From: Raillietiella orientalis
Taxonomy: Eukaryota
Length of the DNA stretch: 64,000 nt
Assembly (NCBI GenBank): GCA_036172245.1
Contig: JAYWIR010000021.1
Coordinates: 744,001 to 808,000, forward strand
Reading direction: 5' to 3'
Below the pieces are notes generated by a model, which made no database searches, had not been told where the DNA came from, and saw only the letters and a list, made by a program, of their open reading frames with translations. Within the stretch, counting starts at the first letter, position 1. Each line of letters opens with the position of its first letter. Position numbers and translations under genes: made by a program. Positions 27,601 to 39,800 of this stretch are shown here, piece after piece.

Positions 27601-30600
27601 GAAAAACCGCCGCAGCACACCTGGAGCTCTCCCGTTCGTATGGGATGAGAATCTTGCAAGTCTGGAGCAAAAGCCATGGCACTGTTTCCTAGGGGAACGC
27701 TACAGAAGCCGAACTCCAGAAGGTTCATCGGATTTCACGAGACTCATTTTTCGGCATCCGCTGACCCTTTACTTCCTGGCTCTCCTTGCTCTCTTGGCGT
27801 CCCTTCCGGTGGCGGAGCGTCTTTGCACCAGAGGTTCGTTCCGCAGCCGCCATTCTGAGATCTTGTCAAACGACAGATAAATCTAATTAAATATTCATCC
27901 GGTTTCTGGTCAACTCATCTCTCATCGTTCCAGCATCCGATCCCTCGAATCTTTTTTTTCTCGCCTTCTTCCAGAGGGGTTCCGAAACGAATTCCCTAGA
28001 AGGACGTGTTCTTCCGTTTGCCGCCGCTCCCAATTCGATTGCGGAACCTGAAGTGAAGAGCAGATTTTTGCTCCTCACTCTGATTAGCTCCTAATTAGAT
28101 ACTCCATCACATGACTCCTAATTGACATCAGCTATTGGAAGCTCCAACTACAGCACGGCCGACAAACGAGAAAGATGCATTTGTGCCTGATGGAAAACCT
28201 TTGTTTCCTCCTGATGGTCTTCCTGCGGGAGCGCCCCCAGAGGGAAATCGAATTACTTCTAAGGAACAGAAAGAAAGAAAGAAAGAAAAAAAAAAAACAC
28301 GTGGGCATTGTTTTTGGACAGCGTTTCATTCCGGCGCTTCATTCTAGCTCACGGGTGCTGCTGGTACCCCTGGCAATCTCGCTATGTTTGTTGGGAATTG
28401 GCTCCCTGTACTTGGCGTCGAGCACGCATGCGTGGCTCCCCACTGCTTGGAACTGCACGCACCCTGCACTGCCGATCGAAAGGACAACGAACGACCTTTG
28501 CCGATCTATGGCTCAGCTTCCGAAGCTCCAACGGTTCATCACGCATCCGCTTTCACTTTCCGGTGAGCTTGCGCAGCAGGAGAGCGCAGAAGCGTCCTCC
28601 ACGGCAGCAGCGATTTTCGGAGCCGATTTTCGGGGCTCCGCCCGACGTGCTCCATCGGATGTCGCTTCCGGGGACCCGCGGACCCCGCGCACTTCTTGGA
28701 ATGACGGGCCCGTCTGGTTCTGCGCGAGGGCGGGGAACTCGTCACAGGTTCCGGTTCCTCTCCCGCAGCAGAAGGGAGGAGTGCTTGCTGAGCAACGCTT
28801 TTCCCGTTCGGCTTCTCGAACAGAGGAGCCCGCGGTCCGCCGATTTCGGTGTGCCGTGGAAGATGGCGCGCGTCGACTTCGACCTGTCATCTGCATCCTC
28901 GCCTGTCTTGCTTCTTTCTTTCTTTCTTTTTTTTCATTGGTTGGTTGTCTTTCCCGCCTTATAGACTACTGCGCCTTCCTCTTCCATCCCAGCTTGGTGC
29001 ACTGCTGGTGAGAGAGAGCAGGAGGACGATGAAAGAGATCCGTCTTTCGGAATTCGACCGTTCGCTTGCTGACAGGTTCGACCCATCTACACCCAACGGC
29101 GCTGCATGTCCTTCCGTCTCCACCCGAAAAAGCAACCAGTCACAAAAGCGAATGTCTTTCTCCAGACTGCTTCAGCGGTTCCCCTCAGCAATCCCTCTGA
29201 AACGACCTTCTGAGCCTGCCAAGATAGCCTGGGAAATCCGAGAAGGTTTCCTACGGTGATGATTCCTGAAATTGCTGTCGCCACAAGATCGCGTGACATC
29301 GAACTCTTGCGGTGTTATTTCCTCTTCCCTGCTGGACTCCGGGATTCGGGTCTCGATTCCGGCACTGAGCTCGGCTGCGATTTCGCACGGAAGACGAGAG
29401 GCGATCGGAGATGCGGAGGATGGGACACGGGGAGAGAAGAAAATCAAAATGGGGGTTTGCCACGATGAAGGGCGCAACCAGTTAGAGGATGAGTCAGCTC
29501 GATGAGCTGTCTTCGCACATGCGAAACTTGCTGCAGCGATAAAAGTGGCACGCAGCCACGACGACGAGGTCCTCGAAATTCCTGTAGGGTGGGGGGATCA
29601 ACCCATAGAGAAGTGGTGTGCCCTCTAGAAAGCTCTCCCCGCTACTCTTCGGCCCGCTCTTCTACCCGCTCGCGCCCTCTTTGTTTGCCAAACCATTCGT
29701 CCCGCGCACGATGCATCACTTCTTAACGGAGGTCGATCGCGCTCCTTGCGTGCGGAAGAGGATGCATAAATTCCTCCTACAACGTATCATTCGAACCAGC
29801 AACACGGTTTTCATTTTCCGTTCCTTCTTGTTCCGAGAGATGCCACTGCTTTTTCTTTCCCACCATCCCCAGGAGGAGCAGCCCAGCGCTCGGGAACGGC
29901 GCGTGCGCCTGGCGCCAGCAGACCCGGAAAAACCGTGAAGCGCCACACGTGCCATTCAGTCACGAGGATTTTAAAATCAGAAGCAACGACTGTCTTATAA
30001 TTCATCTCAGCTGCTTTAAGTTATGCCAAAAGTCCGCGCGGCTCGACAGTTTCCTTTGATAATGATGCATTACAAATTTCAGGAGGGAATACCTGCGTCT
30101 GGAGGACACATATTCCCAAGCAGACTTGCCGATAAGAAGGAAGAATAGGTTTTATGATAGCTGGCTGAACTGTGGAGTTTAAGGGATTCCCCGCCATTTT
30201 TGAAGAAACGCCTTGTTATTATACTAAACACAGCCAATCAGCAGCACCTTTGGCTACACTGCGCAGGTGCGGAGATTCCAGAGCCGCGGAGGTGCACGCA
30301 GCGCTGAAACTTTGGCTAAAACGTAATTTCAAGGGCCTCTCGGTGCCCTCCATCCAGTGCCACCCATCCACAAAATGCGATCCCCAACGCGATTACTCAA
30401 AAACGTAACCACGCAGCCACAGTCAGAGCCGCTACTCGCATTAAAAAAACAAACAAAGTACTAAACTGTAAGAAAGCACTCGTCCTGCCCTAAAATGATA
30501 CTCATCCTCCTCTCACTCACAACCAGGAATACTATCCTTCCTATAAACCAAAATACCAAAAACGCTCCTTTATCCATTCCACATATACCCAACGTAACTA

Positions 30601-33600
30601 TCAAAGATATCACTAAGACATACCTCCAAAATATTAAGCATTTATGATCCAAGATGAATACCATAATCCATTTCAACTCCCCTACTCTCGTGATCACTCA
30701 CTCTAACGCCATAACTCTATTCCAACATACACCCCACAAACCCCTGCTAATACACTCATGACAATCATCCTCACTCTATACTCTCCCCTTCTACTTCTAC
30801 TTCCCCCCTGTACTCATCCTCTCAAGAATCATCTTTCTCAACAGAAGTATTCCATAACCTCCCCCCCCCCAACCCCACGTCATACAACACTGCATAAACC
30901 ACCATGCCCACCATTCCCATACACGTGACAATCACCCCAACGAAGCCTCATCTCAACGGACACGGCATGCCAAAGAAACATAAAACTCTCCAAGTCCACC
31001 CTTACAGCATCCCTCGAATAAACAAGATGCAGCCTCCCTGACCCTTGATATACCAACCCTCTGAGAAAAAACCAGACGATCTGAGCCACCATCAACACCC
31101 CACACCCTACGACTCCCATTTCTCCCTCCACCAACCTTCCGCTCAGAATGTGGCAACAGGTTTGCAGAACGCGCCGCAACCGGCTCATGGCGCACCTGTC
31201 GAAAACACCTTCGTTCTTGCAGAAACACCTGCCATACGTGCTCGCGTCCCTGACCCATCGCACCCACCCACAACCCCGCGGCTCGGCGCGGCTTCCTCAA
31301 GGATTACGGGAAGCACGAGAGACTGCACGTAAGCCTCAGGAAGCACCAAATGCATCACCCCACACGCCGGTCCCTCCATCCCAAACCTGCCGTTCTCACA
31401 ATCAGTCCAAGGTGTCTTGCAAAATGAATCGCACGTAAAAACCCCTCCGCCATCCCGGCGACCCCACGATCACCACCACAATAAGATCCGTTCATTTCAT
31501 TTCCACGAAACGCATGAAGCACGAAAAATACAATACGAGTACCTTGGTACGTCGGTACTCGACGCTGTCGGAACTCGCCAAACTCAGTAGTCGTCGCATT
31601 TTGATGAGAAAAAAATGCTTCGACTCCCGGCGCATGCTCGGAACTCGACACCCCACTCTCATGATGGAACACTTTCGTCTCGTGGTAGCTCGCGAACACT
31701 TCCGCAGAGTGCTTCCCGAATCGTTCCCTTTCTTCGTGCTTTCTGCGCACTCTGTGCGTTAATCATGGGCCCTAAAGTGGTTAAAAATGATACCACGAAG
31801 CCGAGAAAGGAACTCGTTCGATACTTGTCCGTTCCGGCACTCGTGACGAGTGCCGGAACGAATTGCCGACGAGTACCGAGGTACCACTGTAAATCTATAC
31901 ATAACCTATACAAAGATGTTCTCATCGCCCGACGCATCAAACCAGCAACCATCCCTGCCCTACCCTGACGTGTCACAAAGAAACAACGCCGCGACCGTCG
32001 ACAACCAACGACGCCTCGACTCAGCAACCATCCCACCCCTTTTCAAATGCTGCCCCCTAATCGATCACCCCGCCATTCACCAGCCACCCCATTCCTCGCC
32101 TCATCCGCCCACCTACCATCGCCAACCACAAAAGCACTACCAGTCTTGGTGTCTAGCAACGCCGACGGGTGGACGCCGTCGTCTCAACGACTAACAGAGT
32201 CCCGAACAGTCCCGTGACCATCGAAATCCCCTCGTTCGTTCCCCTTTGCACCCAGTTCCACCCAACTGAAAGCGTTCCGCCACCCTACCACCACCCTGCT
32301 CCTCGAGATCATCATCCGCAGTCCCGACAAACTTCCCCCGAGAGTACGCCCCTCATTCATGCGGAACCTCGGCAGACATTTTTTCTCGTCAGGAAGATCT
32401 ACAAGAACATCGATTGATTCCAGATGCTTCCTTCCCCTCCCCCCTTCCGGCTTTCTCGGTCCCCGATGCCTAACTGACGCCTTCAAGTTTGACTGATTTA
32501 TGTTGGAGCATCGAGGAAGGTCCTCCGGCCGGGATTCAGCAGGGCACCTCCGCTTCCCGGGATTGGTTTGGTTCCTGCTGCTTTCCTTCCAGCTTTATTT
32601 CGGTTCGCCAAGTGCTGAGAAACCGCCCGCCTCCCCCCTTTGAGGAGCTCATGAATTTCTTTGACACCATCCACGCCAACCGAGGGTGCGTGGGCCTCTT
32701 CAAGTTGTAGGGGGCCATCCAGAGGAACACCTTGTGGATTCAGGAAGACCCCAGAGGAAGGAGTCCGTTCCTCTTGCGCTTGGGAGGGTTCTCTCAAGAG
32801 TCCGCCCCAATTACTTCCGGGATACGGAGGAAATTACCGCCCTGGTTGTCTTCGAAGGGACCTCCTGGAATTTCTTCTCCGGAGAGAACCCACAAGGGAA
32901 CGGACCGTTTTCAGTTTCCTCCTCCTCTGCAGAGAACCCCGAAGCGACGCTTCCCGCTTTCTTTTTCTGCCCTTATTACACTCTGGAGAGGCAGCAACGA
33001 ACTCCATGGCACGCGACGGAGGGTCCACCCCAAGGGGATAGTTCCATTTTCCTCCAAACGGAGGGGGGGGAGGGATCAAAAGGAGACCGACGCTGCCTGG
33101 TTTCCCCGGGGCGGATCGGGTCGGCTTGGTATGATACCCCGAGCGGGCGATTCTCGACCGACGGTCGGAGAGCATGCGAGATCCGGAACGCGGAAGTGAG
33201 CCCATCCTCCACGGGAAGAAAGATCCCTCCCCCCGGATCGCGTCCGAAGTCTCCGGGAGGGAGGGTGTTCCTGCGGCGGTGGTCTGGTGCGAACCCCGCC
33301 GACACGCTCCCGGAGACTCCCGGACCGAGCTCTCCCACGGAGCGCACGACTTCTTTTCCTCCCTCCTTTCGACTGCCTGTCCTCGGCTTCCCCGAGTGCA
33401 GCCGTGACGGCTGCCGCGCAGGCGCCCCCGTGCAAAGGGGCCGGCCGGGCAGCAAACGGCGGAGGGGTCCGCTACGAGTTGTATTGTCTCGGACGTCTAA
33501 GGCGACCCTTCAGCGCCTCCTCCGAGCGCAGTCGCGACCAACGCTGCGGCTCCCGCCCGGCAACGGATTTCCCTCTTCCCGGGCACGAAGGGGGGGTCTC

Positions 33601-36600
33601 GAAGAGAACGGCCTGGTGGCCATCCCGCTGGCCGAGACTCAACTCCTTTTCCCCGGGGGAGGCGTCGCCGGAGCGGGAGACCGGGTCGCCACACAGGAAG
33701 GGCGAGGTTCGTCTCGCAGAGGGCGGTGGCCGAGTTCTCCCCCCCCCCTTTCCCGCCCCCTGCGGCTTTCGAAACGCCTGGGCGGGCAGGTATTCCCGGG
33801 AACTCCTCCTCTTTAGAGCGTCCCGCAGCTCACGAGGGACGCGCCGCTGCCGCCGTCGTCGCGAGGCGTGACGATGACGCGGTGGAGCCGCCGGGCCCTC
33901 GCGGAAGAGGCGGCGGCGGTGATTCGTCGCCGCTGACCCGAAAAGCTGAACCTGCCAAACTGACTCTCCTCCTCCCCTCCTTTCCGCGGAGGAGGAGGAG
34001 CCGCGCGCGCGTCTCTTCGCCGTGAGGAGCACCTTTCGGCCACGGCCTCGCCGGGTGCTCCTCGGCCGCCTCTTCTTTGGTCTTTCCAGACGCATCCCCG
34101 AGAAGCGGATCGCTCGGGTGGCCGAGGTTGCCACCCCCCCCCCCTTCCACCGGGGAACCTCGAGCCACCCACGTTGAGACCTGGGACCGGACTGTGACGA
34201 GGGATGGGGGGGCTGGTAGGGGGGTGGCATCGTCCGCTGTTGGTGCTCCTCCTCCTCCTCGCCTCCCCTTTTGTCGCTGCGTTCGCGGATACGACTGCCG
34301 ATCTTCTCGGGCAGAGGGCTTTCGAAAATATTAGCTCTCACTCCTCTTCGCCCCACTCCCTCCTCACCGGGAGCCCTACACGGAATAGGACACATCAGAA
34401 GAGCGGGTCATCTGGCCGCTCTCCTGGGGAAGAGGGGAGGAGGGTTCGAGGCAGCATGCAGCGGGGGCGGGTGGGAACGTCCCGGCCTTCTCGTTTCGCC
34501 TGCTCGCATCCCAGGATAGGCGGAGCAAGGCAGGAAGAGCAGAGGAGCTCTCCCGCGAGTTCCTCCCACGGGGGCAGCTCCTGCCAGAAGGAAGACATCC
34601 CCCGAGCGGTCCTGACCAGGGAGAGACAGCTCACTGGCAACGGTCGCTCTGTTTCCGCAGGCGAGGCACCCGACGGTGGGGGAGAAGCCGAACGCAGGTG
34701 TTCCACCTTCCGCCCAAGGGGACCCTGGACTGCAGTGACATCCGCTAAGAAGCGCCCCCGGGGGCGAGGAATCTCCTGTTTGTCCTCGCAGTGGCAGAAG
34801 CACCATGAGGCGGTCGTCCTTCGTCCAGTCTCTCTGCGGGATTTTTCCCGAAGCCCAGCGCGCTCCCGCCGACACGCGAGGAGGAGGAGCGGGGAGGAAG
34901 AGCGAGACGGGTTGCCTTGGTGAAGCCTCGTTCCGGATGCTCCAGAGAGTCCAGCGGGAGCAGCTGCTCCACGAAAGACAAAGTAGCCACTCGCGTTCGT
35001 GACTTGGAGGCTGGGGGAAACGGCGGTTCCCAGGAGCAGCGGAGGTTTGCCCGGAAGCAGTCCAGATGCGATGATTCCCCTCCTCCATTCCCCAAGAGGC
35101 GCTAGAGGAGGAAGGCCCGGGGAGCAAAGGCGTAGCACAGAAGCGACCTTCCTGACGCAAGCCCTCCTTCCTGGGAGGTCGGAGCTGGCGAGGGGACGAT
35201 CCCCCAGTACGAGGGTGATACCGCACCTCCGTCCCTGCACCAAAGAGGGCGCTCCCCTCCTTCTCCGGGTCGGGGAGGTGCAGCCCGGCGTCACGCAGGA
35301 ACGAGACGGGAAGGCTGGTATCGTGCCACTCCGAGCAGGAATGCGAATCAACCCCCTCCTTCGATGGGGTTCCCCTTCCCGCCCTTCCGGGAAGGGGTCG
35401 GGGACCCAATGCTTTGCTCCAGGACGCTCGTACCGATTTCGCGGGGTGCGGATCCTCCCGAGGGGTGCAACGGGACGCAGGAATGAGGGACGGGGGAGGG
35501 GAGGAGGGGGAAAAAATCGGCAAGTTTGCAGCACAGCTGGGCCCCTTTCGCCCTTCGACGCCACCACCCATCCGAGGAGGAAGCGTGCGGTGGACCTCCG
35601 TCCGTAGGCGGACGGAGGTCCACCGCACGCTTCCTGCGACTTCGGACGCAACTGCTGACCCAGCAGTTCGTCGAGCGCGTCGCCATCAGATTAGCCATTC
35701 ATTTCGCCTACTTCTCTCCCCTACTCCTAGCTGTGGGGAGGTAATTAAGCGCACCTTCCCTCCAGGGGGATCGTGTCCTCCCGCACCCTTCTCCTCTCCG
35801 GGAATCAGTTCCTTCTCTCCGCTCTTCCGCGCTCCCAACTCCTCCCCCACACAGAGAGATTCCTTTCATTCTCATCCCCACTGCCAGGTCCCTGCCCTCC
35901 TCCGCGTCTGGCACGGCCCTCGTGCCTCCCTGGAAGGTCCCTGGGGGAGGAGGGGACGCGCAAAGGATGCGGCGGAGGGGAAGAGGAGCACCTGGCGGCG
36001 CCCTCCCTAACTGTCTGTGGACGCTCGAGCGAACAGAAGGCGCTTGCGCACTCGCGGCGATCCCCACTTCGGGGGGGGGGGGGGGAAGGAGGAGATCTCA
36101 TGGTCGTCCGAGGGATGGCACGCTGGCTGATGCGCCCCCGGCTGCCAATGGAGCCTGCCCCCGTCCGCGCCGATCCCCTCCGCATGGCCTCGTGGGAGTG
36201 GAAGACGAGGGTCTTGGACACCCACCGGACCCTCCCCTCTAATCGAGAAGGGGTGATGAGGCTCTGAAGGCCTCGCTGACCCGTTCAGAGACCGCCAAGG
36301 TGAATTACTGGCAGAAGGTGGTCGTGACTGGCTCCACGGACGAGAGCGACACCCTTCGGAGTTCCACGGTCACCTCGTGGAATGAACGACCAACCACCTG
36401 CCTCCCGAGGTCACGAAGATCCACGGCAGCCTCCGAAATTCCCTTTGGCTGCCACTCTCGGAACCGCCACTCCTCCCCCCTCCTTCCCTTCCTCTCCAGC
36501 TCTCGAAGCTCTTCCCTTTTTTCCTCCCCAAGGTTACGGCACGGGGGTGTGGGTGTGGGTGGGGGCAGGAAGTTCTTCGTCGCGCCTTCGTCCCCGAGAA

Positions 36601-36810
36601 CCCTGCCTGCTCCCACCGCTGCGTCTTCCGCGCCTCCTCTCTCCCCCTCACCTGCGCCAGGATCTTCATCCCGTTGAAGCTGTCCAGGTTGGGAGCGAAC
36701 ATGTTGGGCAGGTAGCGGTTGGCCCACCGGCCGCGGGCCCGGGAGAGGGCAGCGCGGGAGACGAGGACGAGGGCCAGGAGGAAGATGGCCGACCTTCTTG
36801 CGCGCTCCAT
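21604..36810 (-). CDS. Prohormone-3 / ITG-like neuropeptide precursor (secreted, cysteine-rich), 5 exons, about 215 aa
   Basis: Exons (minus): 36810-36652, 25537-25414, 23882-23736, 23236-23148, 21732-21604. All are GT-AG, phase-compatible and total 648 nt. The protein has a signal peptide MERARRSAIFLLALVLVSRA, then WANRYLPNMF, CADRKCTSNEHCCQGWVCV, YGQKLGEACRRTADCEPGLTC, CNDSHECDIEKGLCCQLVRTHRMAPRKVCQYFKDPLTCIG and TAGERR-VASRPVDFF. These match the arthropod prohormone-3 pattern (RKCxxNEHCC; YGxxxGExCRRxxDCExGL; GLCCQLxRxHRxAPRKVCxYFKDPLxCIG). Confidence 0.9.
26330..26975 (+). repeat. Dispersed repeat copy B (integrase-like relic)
   Basis: Long near-identical stretch shared with 32659-33075 (e.g. 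gggatacggaggaaattaccgcc, gaacccacaagggaacggaccgttttcagtttcctcctcctctgcagagaaccccgaag), and with 2290-2870 in reverse orientation. Confidence 0.88.
31542..31889. mobile_element. pogo/Tigger-type MITE (about 350 bp) with TA target sites
   Basis: The right end read on the minus strand is TA|CAGTGGTACCTCGGTACTCGTCG, a Tigger-like TIR. The left end is TA|CCTTGGTACGTCGGTACTCGACG. Internal repeats of GGAACTCG occur near 31570, 31640 and 31810, with a perfect 15-bp-arm palindrome at 31830-31860. Confidence 0.7.
32659..33075 (+). repeat. Dispersed repeat copy C (integrase-like relic)
   Basis: Roughly 90% identical by eye to 26333-26720. Translation IHANRGCVGLFKL*..IQRN and RRDLLEF resembles the integrase HHCC region and the first core strand. 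Confidence 0.85.
35578..35635. repeat. Perfect inverted repeat: 27-bp arms, 4-nt loop
   Basis: aggaagcgtgcggtggacctccgtccg-tagg-cggacggaggtccaccgcacgcttcct. Confidence 0.95.
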
Positions 36811-39800
36811 GGTTGCCAGTGGTCTCTGGGAGCCCCCTGCTGCGTAGAAGCGTTTCCTGCGGGCTTCCCTGACCGAGAGGTACTGCGGCGCCTCCGCAGA
36901 CGCCGAACTTCCCGGACGGACGGGGCGGTTCGATGCCGGGGGACGGCGCACGCGCCCCCGAGAGGCAGCGGAAGAGCCCTGCCTCGGGGGAGAAGGAGGA
37001 GATCACCCAAGGGGACACCCCCTTTCCCCCCTCCCCTCCCTCCGAGGTACCTGCCGGCGACTTCCCGACGAGCCTACTGCCGCCCATACCACTCGTCCGG
37101 GTAACGTGCGCAGCGTCCCTCCTGCTGTCATCGATTTCACGGTCGCGCCCACTCCCGCTGCGCGCGCGGTCCCGGGAGGGCAACGCCGCCGTCGCCTGGC
37201 CCCCTGCCGCTTTCCATCACGAATGCAGGAAGGGTGGGAGGGTGGTTCCGCGGTGAGGGTTTGCCGTCTTTGCTCCCCTGCACGAGCAGGGAGGGGAATG
37301 TTGAGTTCTCCTCTCCCTTTCCTCTCCCTCTTTTCCCCTCCTCCTTTTCTCCTCTTCCCTCCCTTCCTCTTCCGTTCCCCTGTCTCCTCGGATGTCTTCG
37401 GAGGGCGTGGGAGGTGCACGCGGCTGAGTCTCCGGCTGCACCTGGGCGCGCCCCTCGCACGACGGGGCACCTCCGGCTGGGACTGTGGAGTCTGCGGCAG
37501 GAGGAAAAGGACGGGCCGAAGCGAGGAATCGCCAGCGGCTGGGGTCGCCGCCTCGGGGGCGATTCTCTTCCAGAGCGCGCCTGCTCTCGGGAGTGAAGGG
37601 GATAGGGGTAGACTCCGCACTCGTCGGGGGCGCGCGCCCCCAGCTGTGGAGGAAGATGCAAAAAATGGAGAAGAAAAAATGAAAAGATGGTGGCATTCCG
37701 AGGCGAAGACCCGAATGGGGCCAAAGGAAGGAGGAATGACAGACCTGGATGCGGGGAGACAAGAAAATAAGGTGTGTGCGGGTGACCCTCAGAGGCGTGG
37801 ACATACCCAGGGATGCCCACTCGCCTCTGAGGTCTGGGAAGTGGAGGTCTCCGCATCTTGCGCCCGCGTCGACCTGCTGTTGCCTAGGGGACTTCTCCCG
37901 GGCTGGAGGTGCCTGTAGATGCGGAATATGGAGGGCCTACAACGAGGCGGAAAGTGCCCAGCCATCGCAGGCCTCCCGTGGTAGAGGCACGCCGGGAGCA
38001 CGGCGCGGTCAGGCCGCGTGTTGGGGGTGGCGGACCCCCTGAGGGTCTCGTCTGCTGCCCGCGGGTGAGGGTGGGGGTGAGCAGATCCTCCGACCCGACG
38101 ACTTCCAGATGCTGCCGTGCATAGAACACCAGACGCCCTGAGCGGCTGCGAACCCATCCGGAGTGAGCGCGTGCGCGTCTCCATGGAAACCGCGCACGCA
38201 CGCACGCACGCAGCTCCCCTGCGAGTGCGGCGATGCGGATCTCGGCGAAGCGCCGCCGCCTTTTCACCTTCTTCCGGAGAGCGGTCCCTCGCGACAGGCG
38301 AGCGTCCCCAAGGGACCCCTTGGGGCGGGCTCCGTGCCCGTGCTTTCGCTTCCCGTGCCAGGGGATCTCCCGCTCCCCGACCGCTGCCGGGAGCCGCTGG
38401 CAGCGCAGGACGGCCCGCACGCCGGGAGGGACGTTGCGACGCATTAGCGGAACGCACGCACACGATCCCATGACGGCGCGGGAAGTCCGGGAGCGCGCTC
38501 GCTCGCTCTGTGGCTCCCTTCTACGGGGCGATAGGCGCGCGCCTCACGTACGGATGCCCTCCCTACGTCCTCCATCGCCGCCGCCGCGCGCCAACCGTGA
38601 TGGCGTTGATCTCCCCTTCCAGGGCGAAGCCCCGTTGATTGATTGGCGGCCGTACGGGGGCGTGCGCTGATGGATTGAGGCACTCGGATGCCCGAAGCAC
38701 CTTCCGCCGGGACCTGGCACACGCAGAAAGCGGCGACGGCGGCCACCCGTCTGCATCTTTTTCTGCAGTCGCCCCCCTCCACCTCCCTTCCCACCTTTAC
38801 TCTTTTTCCAGCGATTCGCTCTGCGGAAAGCAATGCACCTTCTTTCCTCCCTCCTCCCTTCCCCTTCTTCCCGATTCTCCTCTTGCGGATTCCCGTCGAG
38901 AAGCCAGATCTTCGGATTTTTCCAGGGACGGGCGGTGCTTCGGTCCCTCCCCCTCCCAGACAAGTCATCAGACTCCGGAGACGTGCGAGGTAGATCTGGG
39001 AACACGGTGGCGGCAAACCTCGCCCAAAAGGGAAGAGGCGGAAGGGAGGAGTTCGGTGTTGCTCCCCGCTTTCGCTTGGAGCAGGCTCATCTCTTCCCTT
39101 CTTCCTTTCTTCCCTCCCTCTATCTCCTCCTTCACCTCCTCTTCCGTATTACCGCCTCATTCCCGAACGAGGAACGGCGTCGGAGGCGTACTGGGAGAGC
39201 GCGCCCTGAACCGCACCTTGGTGAGCTAGCCTTGGGGGCGAAAAGGTTGTCCGGATCGGAAAAAGGGGACCGAAGCAAATGGGATGAGGGAAGGGGCAGG
39301 TTCCGGAAGCTGCTGCGGCACCAGGGAAGAGGCGGGCTCGCCCTCCGGTCGAGATGCTGCTGATCTCGAGGTCGGAGGACCCACGCGCGGCCCGCCGCCG
39401 GGATCGGCGAGGGGGCGGCGCGCAGTTTGGGTTTCATCTTCAGGAGGCGGCGGAGGGATCTCTTCGGGAAGTTCTGCCCCGGCAAAGGGCAGGGGTGTTC
39501 CCCGAGGCGTCAACTCTGCCACAGACGAAGGCAGGGGCAGCTGGGACGGAGTGCCCGCTGCGCGACCAGCGAGCAGATGAGCTGCAGTCACTTGGCGACG
39601 GTGATGCTGCGGGGCACCTACCGGTCTCCTTTCGCGCGCAGCGGAAGCTAAAGAAGATCCGTAACCTCCCCCCACCCTCCTTCTTCCTTTCTTCCCCGCC
39701 GCTTCTCCCCGGGAACGAAGAGAAAGGTTGTCTCGCAACGTAGCGTGAGCGATCGCTTCGCAAGCGGCCACCAGCGAGATCAAACGGTTCCTGTGGGTGC

